Numbered from the stretch's first letter, positions 12,501 to 21,492 are shown. The stretch: 41,383 nucleotides of DNA from Nemertoderma westbladi (GCA_032718475.1 JAUCBJ010000366.1:1-41383); one strand, 5' to 3'. Translations and numbers: made by a program. Notes: generated from the letters alone by a model not told the origin.

Positions 12501-12872
12501 CATGCAGCGAATTTCCGCCTAGAGGCCGAAGAGAAATACAACCATTCCGCCCACGACCTGCGCCCCCTAGCAGTGGGGATGCCAGTCCGTATCCAGGACC
12601 CTCAAAAAAGGAACTGGGTGCGTACAGGGACCGTGATCAGCGTGGGTCCGAAACGGGACTATCGAGTCAAACTCCCATCGCGACGGGTTTGGTGGCGCAA
12701 CCGCCGTTTCCTACGGGAAGACACAGCACAACCCGTCCAAACTGAACGAACACCTAACCCACAACCAAACAAAATCGAAACTACCCCGAACGAACCCCTA
12801 GCGTCACAACCCCGACGCAGCGAGTGTTCACGAAGACCCGTAGTACATTTTGGTGCTACCACCATAATCTAG
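9582..12872 (+). CDS. pol: Pol: aspartic protease, RT, RNase H, integrase
   Basis: The pol frame reads from CGKSGHFASQC at 9582 through ADTGAQV (protease), LDAKSGYWQ and IVDD (RT), ETDAS and TDHRPL (RNase H), HASHQG..CESC, SADLF, SDGGPQF and NGHAEAAV (integrase). Confidence 0.95.
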   Translation, partial: CGKSGHFASQCFQPKHPQKTGAIQIADIGGYTKDRYKPLIAVDFFKSGEYIGNKCCIADTGAQVTAAGTNVMNELELPKCAKIIKPDLPLESVNSDRINCDGMVQLELSIENKLHKEWVYVCPDLGSDIYLSLTACKGLGVVHPDFPTPITTTAVINSITTQRDDTETIKVKLMEEFDDVFAKDGRRLQTMVGPPMTIELVDNATPFCLYAARPIPFPYREKAYRELLDMESKGVIERVGDRPTAWCHPIVVCPKPNRPGEIRMTVDLTKLNSQVRRTVHNSRTPLDVVSDRTPGAKFYTTLDAKSGYWQVELDEESRDYTTFLTPWGRFRYCRAPMGFISAGDSYNFRGDMALDGIPRVHKIVDDILIEDKTLEDHVQRVRTVLGKCRNAGITLHPPKFQFAKQSVKFAGFVVSMNGIEADPEKVKAIGEFPTPSNITDLRSFMGLVNQLGHFSSEISTAATPLRDLLRTRNQFIWTSNHEEAFLNVKHALIQPPILATFDPGAETRLETDASRLHGFGYDLLQLHGNLWKLVACGSRFISDAETRYSTIELETVAIRFAINKCRVYLSGLPTFMVVTDHRPLVTVFNDYTITQIENLKIQRIKADLQSQYQFRVVWTKGKSHRIADCLSRSPVDDPTPDDDSGNIEPIIIASIFSILSNQNAEDANMDPVLEELRTVGLKDPNYQELIQEIKHNFRSGQKPSPYVTKFNSIAHELSITNDIVLYGRRIVVPTDLQPEILKRLHASHQGMTRTKQRARQAVYWPGMNRDIELTVSRCESCQELRPSLQRETLKTDELPQRPFESVSADLFSISRNHYLVYIDRLSGYPVVHEWRHDPTSKDVSNAIRPWFVNLGIPTKFRSDGGPQFAASSFDTFLQRWGVKWSPSTPHFPSSNGHAEAAVKLVKHLLRKVPRNSIHSEEFQTGLLEIRNTPHANGRSPNEIVFGRLLHSRIPAHHSAYSQQWQEKADEIDQHAANFRLEAEEKYNHSAHDLRPLAVGMPVRIQDPQKRNWVRTGTVISVGPKRDYRVKLPSRRVWWRNRRFLREDTAQPVQTERTPNPQPNKIETTPNEPLASQPRRSECSRRPVVHFGATTII

Positions 12873-12982
12873 AATCCCCAAAACATAGCTATTCTATAGA
12901 CCAATCTCGCATAAATCCGGTGATGGGTTTTTATAACATTATATAAAACATTTAAACTCGTTTGATCTCGGAGAAAGGGAGA

Positions 12983-13217
12983 TGTGATATCTTAGATATA
13001 TTATTATGTTTACATGGTTGCTTAGCAATATATATTGGATAGTCAGCTGGTGGCTGGGTATGTCGGTATGTGGTACGGCCTGACAGTCCCCATGTAATAT
13101 CATATACAGTAGCATAGCTATACCGGTACATAGACAGATATAAATATACATTCATTATATGGAAGTATTATATGACTATTATATGTTCATTATATAAACA
13201 AACTGAAAGACATAACA
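12983..13217 (+). repeat. 3' LTR
   Basis: Matches the 5' LTR and is preceded by the polypurine tract. Confidence 0.97.
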
Positions 13218-13222
13218 CCTCT

Positions 13223-13887
13223 AATCTGCCGAGAAAGTTGAGGTATTCAGCACTACTTTTTCCACTGTCTGGGGCATAGCAGCTTAGAATGAGAAATTTG
13301 TTATCTGATTCCACTAGTGTGATTTTAGATCCTACAATATCACCGTCAGATTCAATGGGGGAATGTTCTGATACACAATCCTTACGTATAAACAATGCAA
13401 CTCCACCTGAGCCGCGTTTTCTGTCTGGATTACACATGGCCAAACCAGGGGTGTGTTCACAGTAGAATCTGCTATCGAGACTGTCCAAAAGAACTTCACT
13501 TTCTAGACGATCTAGCCAATGCTCCTGAATTCCTAAAAAGTCGCACATGTTCAGTAATCTACAGATGTAATCAGAGTTGCTGCAGAACCCACGGGTATTG
13601 AAGGTTCCTACCGCAAATGTTGAAGCTCCACTTACAGTAGGATGGTCAATAGTTATATGCGCACGTTTATCATCAATCCTCACTTTCTGTTCCTCTACTG
13701 AAGTATCTTTTGCGTTAAAGGTACTGTCTATGAGGGGCAGGAGTACGATAGGCACGAGGCCATTCACAAGCCTGTTGGTACTGGGATGAGTCTGTATATT
13801 TTGGTGTGGTATATCTTGTTGGTTTCCTGTCCGAGGAGTAGTCCCTGGTCCAGTGGTGGGCAGGGGGATCACTTGCAGATTTATCAC
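13223..13887 (-). pseudogene. LINE ORF2 N-terminal part (APE endonuclease N-half)
   Basis: GTFNTRG, LGIQEHWL, GSGGVALFIR, SCYAP. Excising the LTR element and one TSD copy joins LGRLE|AIIEAH in frame. Confidence 0.92.
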
Positions 13888-15680
13888 CTAAGGAGGAATA
13901 CCTTGACAGTCGACGAGCAGGCTGATCCGGGTAGGGGATCTGTTGCTGTTGGAAGCAGTTGCTGTCGCGTCGTTCATTGTACTGTTGGTTGAGCTTTATA
14001 TTTGATCGACATTGTGGGTGTATTGTCTGGTAAATTATCGGTAGATTTCGGTTGATATCGTCATCATTAAAGTGCGGATTGCTGACTGGCGAAGTTTTTG
14101 AGGTTTTGTGAGCTACTCGGAAGTTGTATTTCCACTCTCTACAGGAAATCCCGTGTGGCCAGAAGCGTTCATCGGTCACCGTGGCAAGTTTCTGTTTGCA
14201 TACTTCTACTTTCATGTTCTTTGAATCTTTGTATATGTGTGTGGTGATGCGGTTGACGTCAATGTGCTGGTCCTCTAAAAACCTAACAACATCTTCTTCC
14301 GAGTTCCTGTGGTGTATCCCAGTCACATATATGGCAGTGAACTTCTTGGAATGAGAACATTCAAGGTTTGCTGTTTGTGAACCGCGACCATGTAGTGTGT
14401 GCGATGCGATGTTATTGTTTCGGGTATAAGCTCTATCAGCCTTCCTGTCCTTGACTTTGAAATTCTGTTGAGGGTAGGAGGCAAGGATAGGTTGATTTAC
14501 TGTTGAAGCGTGCAGAAAGCCTGGTGGTTTCAGGTTAGTATCACTGTTAGGTGTTGGCTCATCAGCATCGAGGCATGCAAAACGATTCCGGGTACGATGT
14601 TGTGGGGTATTAATATTGGTTGTTCCTGTTCCAGTGTGGGTGGGTCTGCGGACCGAGTTGGTATCGCTGGTATGAGCTGGATGTTGCTTGCGGGTTCTTA
14701 CATAATTCCATGGAACGTCATCATCGTCATATCCAGTTGGAGACGCAATGGAGTCGAGGATAACATACTGAGAGTGATCGTCACTGGAAGCATTTTCAGG
14801 CATGTTTAGCGCCTGGAATTTCGCTTCCAGTAGTGACCTGGCATGGCGTTCGAATGACAATTCTTCATTCAATGTGTTGTGGGCTTCTTTCATTTTGCTC
14901 TGTTCGTTTTCCATGATGCACAATCGTGCTTGAAGTACACCAATAGCTGCAATCAGGTCATGTACCTGGGGTAGGGCAGTGGTCATATTGTCGTCAGGAG
15001 TACATTTCTTCAGCCGCTTGCGGCAAGATTCCAGCAGCTGTTCTTCCTGGCAGCAGCGCAATAATTCATATAAATCTATGGAAGCTTCAGGTACTGATGA
15101 TCTGTGTCGTAATTGTTGTGATACACATTGAGTCGGTGACATGAAAGGTTTAGTAGATTTAAATGTCATTTCTCTGGTGTCCAGCAGCTTGTCCATGCCC
15201 ATCATGGAAAATTCTCTGAGCGCTTTAGCTTTTCCCTCTTGGACGATTTTTAGGAGGTCTGGTACTGATTGTGAAGTTGTTGTTAAAAGTGCGGTGGCTT
15301 TATCGAGGCTTGGTGATAGGGGTATTCTGGGGCTGCAGCCTTTTATTAGTTTAATTCTAGAGCGTGTTTCATGTATTGGTTCTGATGTGGTGCGGGCTCT
15401 CGTAGATATGTTTCGAGTAAAGTTTTTAGCGTGCCTGGTCTGCTCCTGGTGATGGTGGCCATTCTCTAGCTCGTAAGGGTTGCTGTATTTTATATTATTT
15501 AGAATATCCTGGATCCACTTGCGTGATGATCGAGAGTTCAGGAGGAGGTGCTTAGGAATAAAACGTTGGTTATGGGCAAAAGCAGCTGCATAGAGGCATA
15601 CCATTATGCCACAGTCAAAGTCGTTTGTTTGTTTTGGTAGGTTTTGTCCAAATGTATCCTTGGAATTAATGCATCTCCAT
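13715..15680 (-). CDS. LINE ORF1 C-terminal part: protease catalytic Cys motif, coiled coil, NRFxxL motif, RRM-like domain
   Basis: The frame is open upstream of the tracked ATG: WRCINSKDTFGQNLPKQTNDFDCGIMVCLYA. Also heptad region LQARLCIMENEQSKMKEAHNTLNEEL, TRNRFACLD, and AIYVTGI...FWPHGISCREW, which is typical of LINE ORF1 proteins. Confidence 0.8.
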
Positions 15681-18600
15681 CATGTTTCACATGAGATTCC
15701 GATAAGTGGCGCCAGTATTGTTCATCCATTTTGTTAAAAACTGCACAGATTCTTTGGGTTATGTCATTAGGGTTACTGTTTCCGAGGGGGCACATCTTGA
15801 ATATTGTTCTATTCCTTATATTTACTACATGCAATACATGGTGGTTATTTGAGCACTCTGGTATGAATATGTAGCTGGGTGATGTCATTTCCTTGTTTGA
15901 GGAAGCCAAGAAATAGCTTCTGGCAATGTATTTGGCGGCCTCGACTTTATTGTATTGTTTGAATTTTAATTTCTGTGATAGCTCTTCGGTGATCCACGTT
16001 ATGTTTGGCATTGAACGTTCCAGCATCCAACAGAATGCATCAATTGCTCCATTGCTTACCAGGTTTTCATCTTCTAGTGATTTGAGGTCTATATCTGTTG
16101 GCTGTGAAATTCCATAGTAGAAGTTTGACGTATCAGCAATGTGTATCTTTTGCGCAATATTGTATATTTGTTCGTTTATTTCAGAGATGGTGGGTCCTGC
16201 TTTCTTAGGGCCGGTGTTAGGGACCTCAATTATAGATGAGGAGATATCTGCAAAATTCAGGTCGTCCGACCAGATAGGGCATGGGGCGACTGTTCCACCT
16301 GAGTCCGATGTATCCAAAAATCCTATTGGTGGTCTTGTTATATCTTGGTTAACGTGGGAATTTGGAAATGGTGCGATTGATTTAGTGTTGGATGTATTAG
16401 TTGGTTGGGATGATATTGGGTCTTTCAGTAGCGGCTTTTGACAGAAGGTTTTGTGAGGGGGTTGGGTTTTGTTAGTGGAAGCAGTAGGTGCCGTCACAGG
16501 TGAGTCAGTGTATACCATATGTGGTGTTGATGTGCCGAAGTCAACTGATGTGCGTGTGTCAGGGTTCAACGCAAGTGGACTTTGTGTATTAATAGTGCGT
16601 AAGGAAGATAGAGGGGTGTGTGAAGTGGTGGGGGTGTGTACAGTAGGTGAGGTGTGTATGGGACTCATAAGTATAGTTTTAGTATTAGATGTTGATGTAG
16701 TTGTGATGCTGCTAGTGGTTGGTAGGGTTGTGGTTGGTAGGGTTGTGGCTGGTATATAGCATTGGACTGATTCTCCTAAGATGTCAGAGAGGTTATTAGG
16801 CAATGGTGCTTCTGTCATGGTAATGGAATCGTAGATGTTGCTTTCCGTATTATCTAGTTTATGTGGTACAGATACGGTGCTCTCGCCAGTCATCCGATTG
16901 TTGGCAGTAGTAAAAGGAGTATGAGTGGTGACACCCACATTGTATAAACCACTATGATTCGAATTGATGCAGGATGGTTTACACTTGTTGATGTTTGGTA
17001 TCTGAAGAGCATTAGTGTTTGGAATGGCACGGTTTTCCCATGATCCATCATCTTGGAGATCGTGAATTTCTATCCAGTTTCTAGTATTCTCAGGGATACT
17101 GCTTTGAATCTCCTCCTGCCGATTATTACAGTCAGTAGTTTGGGCACATTGTGTCGAATTTATCCCTCTTTGACTTCTTGTAATCGGCCTATGTTGAAGT
17201 GCATTCGTCTTGTGTTGTCTTTGTTTTCTATTTGAAATTTTTGTATGCGTTGGTGAGGAAGCCTGTGTTTTATGAGGTTTGGAGGGCTTTGTATTGGAAG
17301 ATGGTGTGGTTGACGGATGTGGTGCTGTGGAAGTTGTGTGTACTGATTGTGGTGATAGGGCGGAAGTGTATGTCATGGCAGCGGAGGGAACTTTATTAGA
17401 TGGAATTGTGGTATATATGGCGGAATTGGTCAACACTGTGGTGTTACAATCAGTGATGATATTGCGTGCAGTTATCGGGGTATAAGGTATAGGGTCAGTG
17501 TACATCAAGGTAGGTGAGATAGTAGAAAGTGGGTTATATGTTCGTGGGCCTTGGGCTGTGTACACTAAGTTATCAGAGTAACTAGTTGATATGCTTACTG
17601 TAACTACTGAAAATGTAACAAACCCAATTTCCGATGTGTCCTTAGTCCTGTCTTCAGACATAGTTGGCGACCCGATGACTCCACTCGCCAAGCACCCTTG
17701 GTCCAGGTCACAGGCTGTATGGATGCCCGGGCCTACCTGGACCAGAGATGCTAGGCTTAGGGGAGTTCTGGATATGATTGGCTTCGCTGTTAAACCCAAT
17801 GTCGAAACCCCGGATTTATCGATCGTGGACGATAAGACCGCGAATTTATCGATCGTGGACGTCGTTGTTTTCAAACCCGACATTGAGACCAAGGGTATAT
17901 CGATCGTGGACGTCGTCGTTGTTAAACCCGACGTCGAGACCCCAGATTTGTCGATCGCCGACTTCGTCGTTTTCAAACCCAACATCAAGACCCCGGATTT
18001 ATCGATCGTGGACGTCATCGTTGTCAAACCCGACGTCGAGACCCCGGATTTATCGATCGTGAACGTTGTTGTTTTCAAACCCGACGTTGAGGCCAAGGGT
18101 ATATCAATCGTGGACGTCGTCATTTTCACACCCAACATCGAGACCTCGGATTTGTCGATCATCGACGTCGTCGTTTTCAAACCCGACATCGAGACCCCGG
18201 ATTTATCGATCGTGGACGTCGTCATTGTTAAACCCGACGTCGAGACCCCAGATTTATCGATCATGGACGTCATCATTGTTAGACCCGACGTCAAGATCCC
18301 GGATTTATCGATCGTGGACATCGTCGTTGTTAAACCCGGCGTCGAGACTCCAGATTTATCGATCGTGGACGTCATCGTTGTTAAACTCGACGTCGATATC
18401 TCGGATTTATCGATCGTGGACGTCATCGTTGTTAAACCCGACGTCGAGATCCTGGATTTATCGATCGTGGACGTCGTCGTTGTTAAACTCAACAACGATA
18501 TCTCGGATTTATCGATCGTGGACGTCATCGTTGTTAAACCCAACGTCGAGATCCCGGATTTATCGAACGTGGACGATAAGACCCCGGATTTATCGATCGC

Positions 18601-19458
18601 GGACGCCGTCGTTTTCAATCCCAACGTCGAGACCCCGGATTTATCAATCGCGGACATCGTCGTTTTCAGACCCGACATCGAGACCCCGGATTTATTGATC
18701 GTGGACGTCGTCGTTTTCAAACCCGACGTCGAGACCCCGGATTTATCGATCATGGATGTCGTCGTTGTCAAACCCGACGTCGAGACCCCGGATTTGTCAA
18801 TCGTGGACGTCGTCGTTTTCAAACCCGACGTCGAGAACCCGGATTTATCGATCATGGACGTCATCATTGTTAGACCCGACGTCAAGATCCCGGATTTATC
18901 GATCGTGGACGACGTCGTCGTTGTTAAACCCGGCGTCGAGACTCCATATTTATTGATCGTGGACGTCGTCGTTGTTAAACTCGACATCGATATCTCGGAT
19001 TTATCGATCGTGGACATCATCGTCGTTAAACCCGACGTCGAGATCCTGGATTTATCGAACGTGGACGATAAGACCCCGGATTTATCGAACGCGGACGTCG
19101 TCGTTTTCAATCCCAACGTCGAGACCCCGGATTTATCGATCGTGGATGTCGTCGTTTTCAGACCCGACGTCGAGACCCCGGATTTATTGATTGTGGACGT
19201 CGTCGTTTTCAGACCCGACGTCGAGACCCCGGATTTATTGATCGTGGACGTTGTCGTTTTCAAACCTGACGTCGAGACCCCGGATTTATCGATCGTGGAC
19301 GTTGTCGTTATTAAATCCGACGCCAAGGACAAGGGACTGGAAACAGTCGTGTTTTCGATGCCTGAGTTGTTAGAGTTGAGACGTGGTATTCTGCTATTCC
19401 GCTGTAGATCCCGCACTCGCGTGGACGACTTGACCGGAGTACGGCAGATGGTTGGCAT
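15604..19458 (-). CDS. LINE ORF1 N-terminal part: Thr/Ser-rich mucin-like repeats, low-complexity region, Ulp1-like protease N-half
   Basis: 1284-aa ORF with an ATG 115 nt inside the inferred 5' end. 17-aa repeats TTTTSTIDKSGVSTSGL; C-terminal DLKSLEDENLVSNGAIDAF...YIFIPECSNNHHVLHVVNIRNRTI. Confidence 0.75.
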   Translation of the reverse strand: MPTICRTPVKSSTRVRDLQRNSRIPRLNSNNSGIENTTVSSPLSLASDLITTTSTIDKSGVSTSGLKTTTSTINKSGVSTSGLKTTTSTINKSGVSTSGLKTTTSTIDKSGVSTLGLKTTTSAFDKSGVLSSTFDKSRISTSGLTTMMSTIDKSEISMSSLTTTTSTINKYGVSTPGLTTTTSSTIDKSGILTSGLTMMTSMIDKSGFSTSGLKTTTSTIDKSGVSTSGLTTTTSMIDKSGVSTSGLKTTTSTINKSGVSMSGLKTTMSAIDKSGVSTLGLKTTASAIDKSGVLSSTFDKSGISTLGLTTMTSTIDKSEISLLSLTTTTSTIDKSRISTSGLTTMTSTIDKSEISTSSLTTMTSTIDKSGVSTPGLTTTMSTIDKSGILTSGLTMMTSMIDKSGVSTSGLTMTTSTIDKSGVSMSGLKTTTSMIDKSEVSMLGVKMTTSTIDIPLASTSGLKTTTFTIDKSGVSTSGLTTMTSTIDKSGVLMLGLKTTKSAIDKSGVSTSGLTTTTSTIDIPLVSMSGLKTTTSTIDKFAVLSSTIDKSGVSTLGLTAKPIISRTPLSLASLVQVGPGIHTACDLDQGCLASGVIGSPTMSEDRTKDTSEIGFVTFSVVTVSISTSYSDNLVYTAQGPRTYNPLSTISPTLMYTDPIPYTPITARNIITDCNTTVLTNSAIYTTIPSNKVPSAAMTYTSALSPQSVHTTSTAPHPSTTPSSNTKPSKPHKTQASSPTHTKISNRKQRQHKTNALQHRPITRSQRGINSTQCAQTTDCNNRQEEIQSSIPENTRNWIEIHDLQDDGSWENRAIPNTNALQIPNINKCKPSCINSNHSGLYNVGVTTHTPFTTANNRMTGESTVSVPHKLDNTESNIYDSITMTEAPLPNNLSDILGESVQCYIPATTLPTTTLPTTSSITTTSTSNTKTILMSPIHTSPTVHTPTTSHTPLSSLRTINTQSPLALNPDTRTSVDFGTSTPHMVYTDSPVTAPTASTNKTQPPHKTFCQKPLLKDPISSQPTNTSNTKSIAPFPNSHVNQDITRPPIGFLDTSDSGGTVAPCPIWSDDLNFADISSSIIEVPNTGPKKAGPTISEINEQIYNIAQKIHIADTSNFYYGISQPTDIDLKSLEDENLVSNGAIDAFCWMLERSMPNITWITEELSQKLKFKQYNKVEAAKYIARSYFLASSNKEMTSPSYIFIPECSNNHHVLHVVNIRNRTIFKMCPLGNSNPNDITQRICAVFNKMDEQYWRHLSESHVKHDGDALIPRIHLDKTYQNKQTTLTVA
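17790..19320. repeat. 51-bp CpG-rich coding tandem repeat, ~30 units
   Basis: Consensus GTCGTCGTTGTTAAACCCGACGTCGAGACCCCGGATTTATCGATCGTGGAC. Confidence 0.95.
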
Positions 19459-19573
19459 TTTGACTACCTCCTACCAGATAAGCAATTGTAAATTATATAA
19501 TTCAGTACCGGTAATTTATATATATGTGGCTGGCCACGAGAAAAGGGAGGCACACTGACTAACTGGCCATCAG

Positions 19574-20108
19574 ACACAATTACAGCTAAGGGCTTTGTTT
19601 CCATACAGAGATGATATTAGATGCAGGTGTCAATGTAACGGATTCTTTTGACATCATTCGGAGCAACATCATCACTCACCTCGCCGATAGTGATGACAGA
19701 CGCTTAAGGAGACTCCTGGCAGAATAGGAGCTCGGCTACCGAAAACCGTCAGCGGCTTGCTTGCAACCGGGCCATAGTGCTACTACCATTTCATCTACGG
19801 TAAAGAGGCATCGAAGTGTGAACCTCCATGTAACTGGAAAGATTTCTCAAAGGCAATCTCAACAATGCCAGGTAACTCAAATCAAAATTATAATAATACT
19901 AGCGATGTCAACGCTATACATGTACAAGCTTTACCTATAGGTGTATTATTAGTAGATTCCGGAAGTGACCTCTCCATTTTGCCACCATGTTTAAAAATGT
20001 ACTTAGAAGAATTAGTACCAAATTCTGAAAGTTTAACAGCTGCGAATCATTCCAGTATAAAATCTTACGGTAAAGGTAAACTTTCTTTTTCTATACCGGA
20101 ACTATCCA
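19574..20108 (+). pseudogene. Ty3/Gypsy gag continuation and aspartic protease remnant
   Basis: SFDIIRSNIITHLADSDDRRLRRLLAE*ELGYRKPS (LGDRKPS-type gag motif) and LLVDSGSDLSILP (protease). Confidence 0.75.
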
Positions 20109-20524
20109 TTAAGGGGGGGGGGGGGGGGGGGGGGGGGGGTACACCATTTTGGTCCAAAATATGTTGAAATTTTTTTTATGGTCTATTATAATGCACCCTT
20201 GAATGGTGTTTCCAAATCTGAAAACCGCTATGTAATAGCTCTTTTAGTTTTCATGTTATCTAAATTTTCATTTAGGGAATCCTATTGAAATTACTATTAC
20301 TATGTATAATGAAAGGTTGATTATCTCCAAATATTTTTTTCATGAAATTGTCAACTTCAAAACCCTACTACTTCTACAATTTTTGAGTAATTAGTCTGAA
20401 ACTTCCTGTGGGTGTCTAGATAGCCACCCTGCATAAAAGTATCAGACAACTTTTCGAAATTTTTTGTTAATAAAATTTAATACTATTTATAAAAAAACCT
20501 AAAAATTTGCATAAATTTGCAGCG
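20109..20524. mobile_element. Probable end of a non-autonomous TTAA-targeting DNA transposon (Kolobok-like)
   Basis: The protease remnant ends abruptly at TTAA (20109-20112), followed by a 27-nt G run and AT-rich non-coding DNA. The partner end was not found. Confidence 0.35.
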
Positions 20525-21492
20525 CTAGAATTTTGTTACCATGGTGGTCTGCAGTAAATACCTATCAGTACATGGCAAGGCGGTAGATTGTTAGTAAACC
20601 TCCCTTAGCCAAAATGTGTGCCGGTAGCAGAAAGATGCCCCTTTACCTGATCAAATACTTTGGACTCAGACAGGTCAGTCAAACTGCAAGGCCTACAGGG
20701 CTAACCGGTACTGTAGGCCTACTGCTAGTACGGCAAATCACCAAATTATAGAGCGTGCTATTTGCACCTAGTGTACTTGCGCGTACTGACAAACACCATC
20801 AGCTCGCACCTGTAAGAGATACAGGTTGACCCGGGTTTTTCTGTCTGAATCTGAGGTATTTGTTCCTAAATTTTACGGCGTCCCAGGACGTCGTCACGCT
20901 TCACCCTGATCTAGGGAACTTACGGCGGGCAAAGGCGTCAAACAAAGTCTTACCTCATCTGACGTGGGCACGATCAGGCAATAGGGTCATACTTCCAAAT
21001 GGGCGTGGGCGAAGATAGTGGGGGCTCCTTTATGCGTTGTGGACATCCCTTCCCCTTGCGTTGCTGTAGCCTAAAGGTTTAGGCAGCCATTCCCCAAAGC
21101 GTTTGGCTGTTCAAGATAGATACGCTAAAAACTACATGTTCTGATTTTGCAGTATATTTTTAATGTAAATGACAAAAGATTTATCGAATATAGACTAAAC
21201 TTTACAAATTAACTTATAAGTATAAGCTAATGATATTAGTGATAACCGAAGGGCAAATGGCACCATATATAGGAAATCCTAAGCTTGGAATCCACTAGAA
21301 CATTCTACCGCATTCTATGAGCTTACATTGGACCAATAAATCATTAAACACCCTTCGATTAGCCCAACTAATCTGTCCATGTGTTGTACGCACTCCATTG
21401 GCTTATCTTGTTTGGTGAAACCGAAAATAAATTGCACAAAATAGACATTTTATTGACCCAGATTCGAACTCTCGACCTACCTAGGATGTAAC
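20525..21492 (-). mobile_element. ~970-bp non-coding dispersed element, copy 1 (Helitron-like or SINE-like)
   Basis: Aligns with 32696-33550 plus 36422-36531. Both copies stop at CTAG on the left; a B-box-like AGTTCGAATCT lies on the minus strand near 21460-21472. Confidence 0.65.

Larger units (their letters stand above)
8052..13217 (+). mobile_element. Full-length Ty3/Gypsy LTR retrotransposon, Mag-like
   Basis: 235-bp TG...CA LTRs at 8052-8286 and 12983-13217 (one mismatch seen). TSD CCTCT at 8047-8051 and 13218-13222. PBS TGGCGCAGT at 8287 (tRNA-Ser-like). PPT GGAGAAAGGGAGA at 12970-12982. Confidence 0.97.
4582..19573 (-). mobile_element. Giant APE-type non-LTR retrotransposon (RTEX/CR1-group-like), interrupted by an LTR element
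   Basis: ORF1, APE endonuclease and RT all lie on the minus strand. Candidate TSD ACACAA (4576-4581 / 19574-19579); removing the insert rejoins the gag remnant as ALPHT|ITAK. A minus-strand AATAAA lies ~25 nt before the inferred 3' end. Boundaries are inferred. Confidence 0.75.

Noticed and set aside
15640-15682. Programmed -1 frameshift in ORF1
   Set aside because: No X XXY YYZ slippery site is seen and the shift splits a domain; a mutation or sequencing indel is more likely.
17778-19190. Additional plus-strand ORFs (TSSLLNPTSRPRIYRSW repeats)
   Set aside because: They are by-products of a stop-poor 51-bp repeat and are fragmented.
15604-19458. Host mucin or cell-surface gene
   Set aside because: No signal peptide, transmembrane segment or introns are evident, and it is continuous with LINE ORF1 motifs inside the inferred TSD.
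20113-20139. Functional G-quadruplex or poly-Gly coding tract
   Set aside because: It is a homopolymer at an insertion junction whose length is unreliable.
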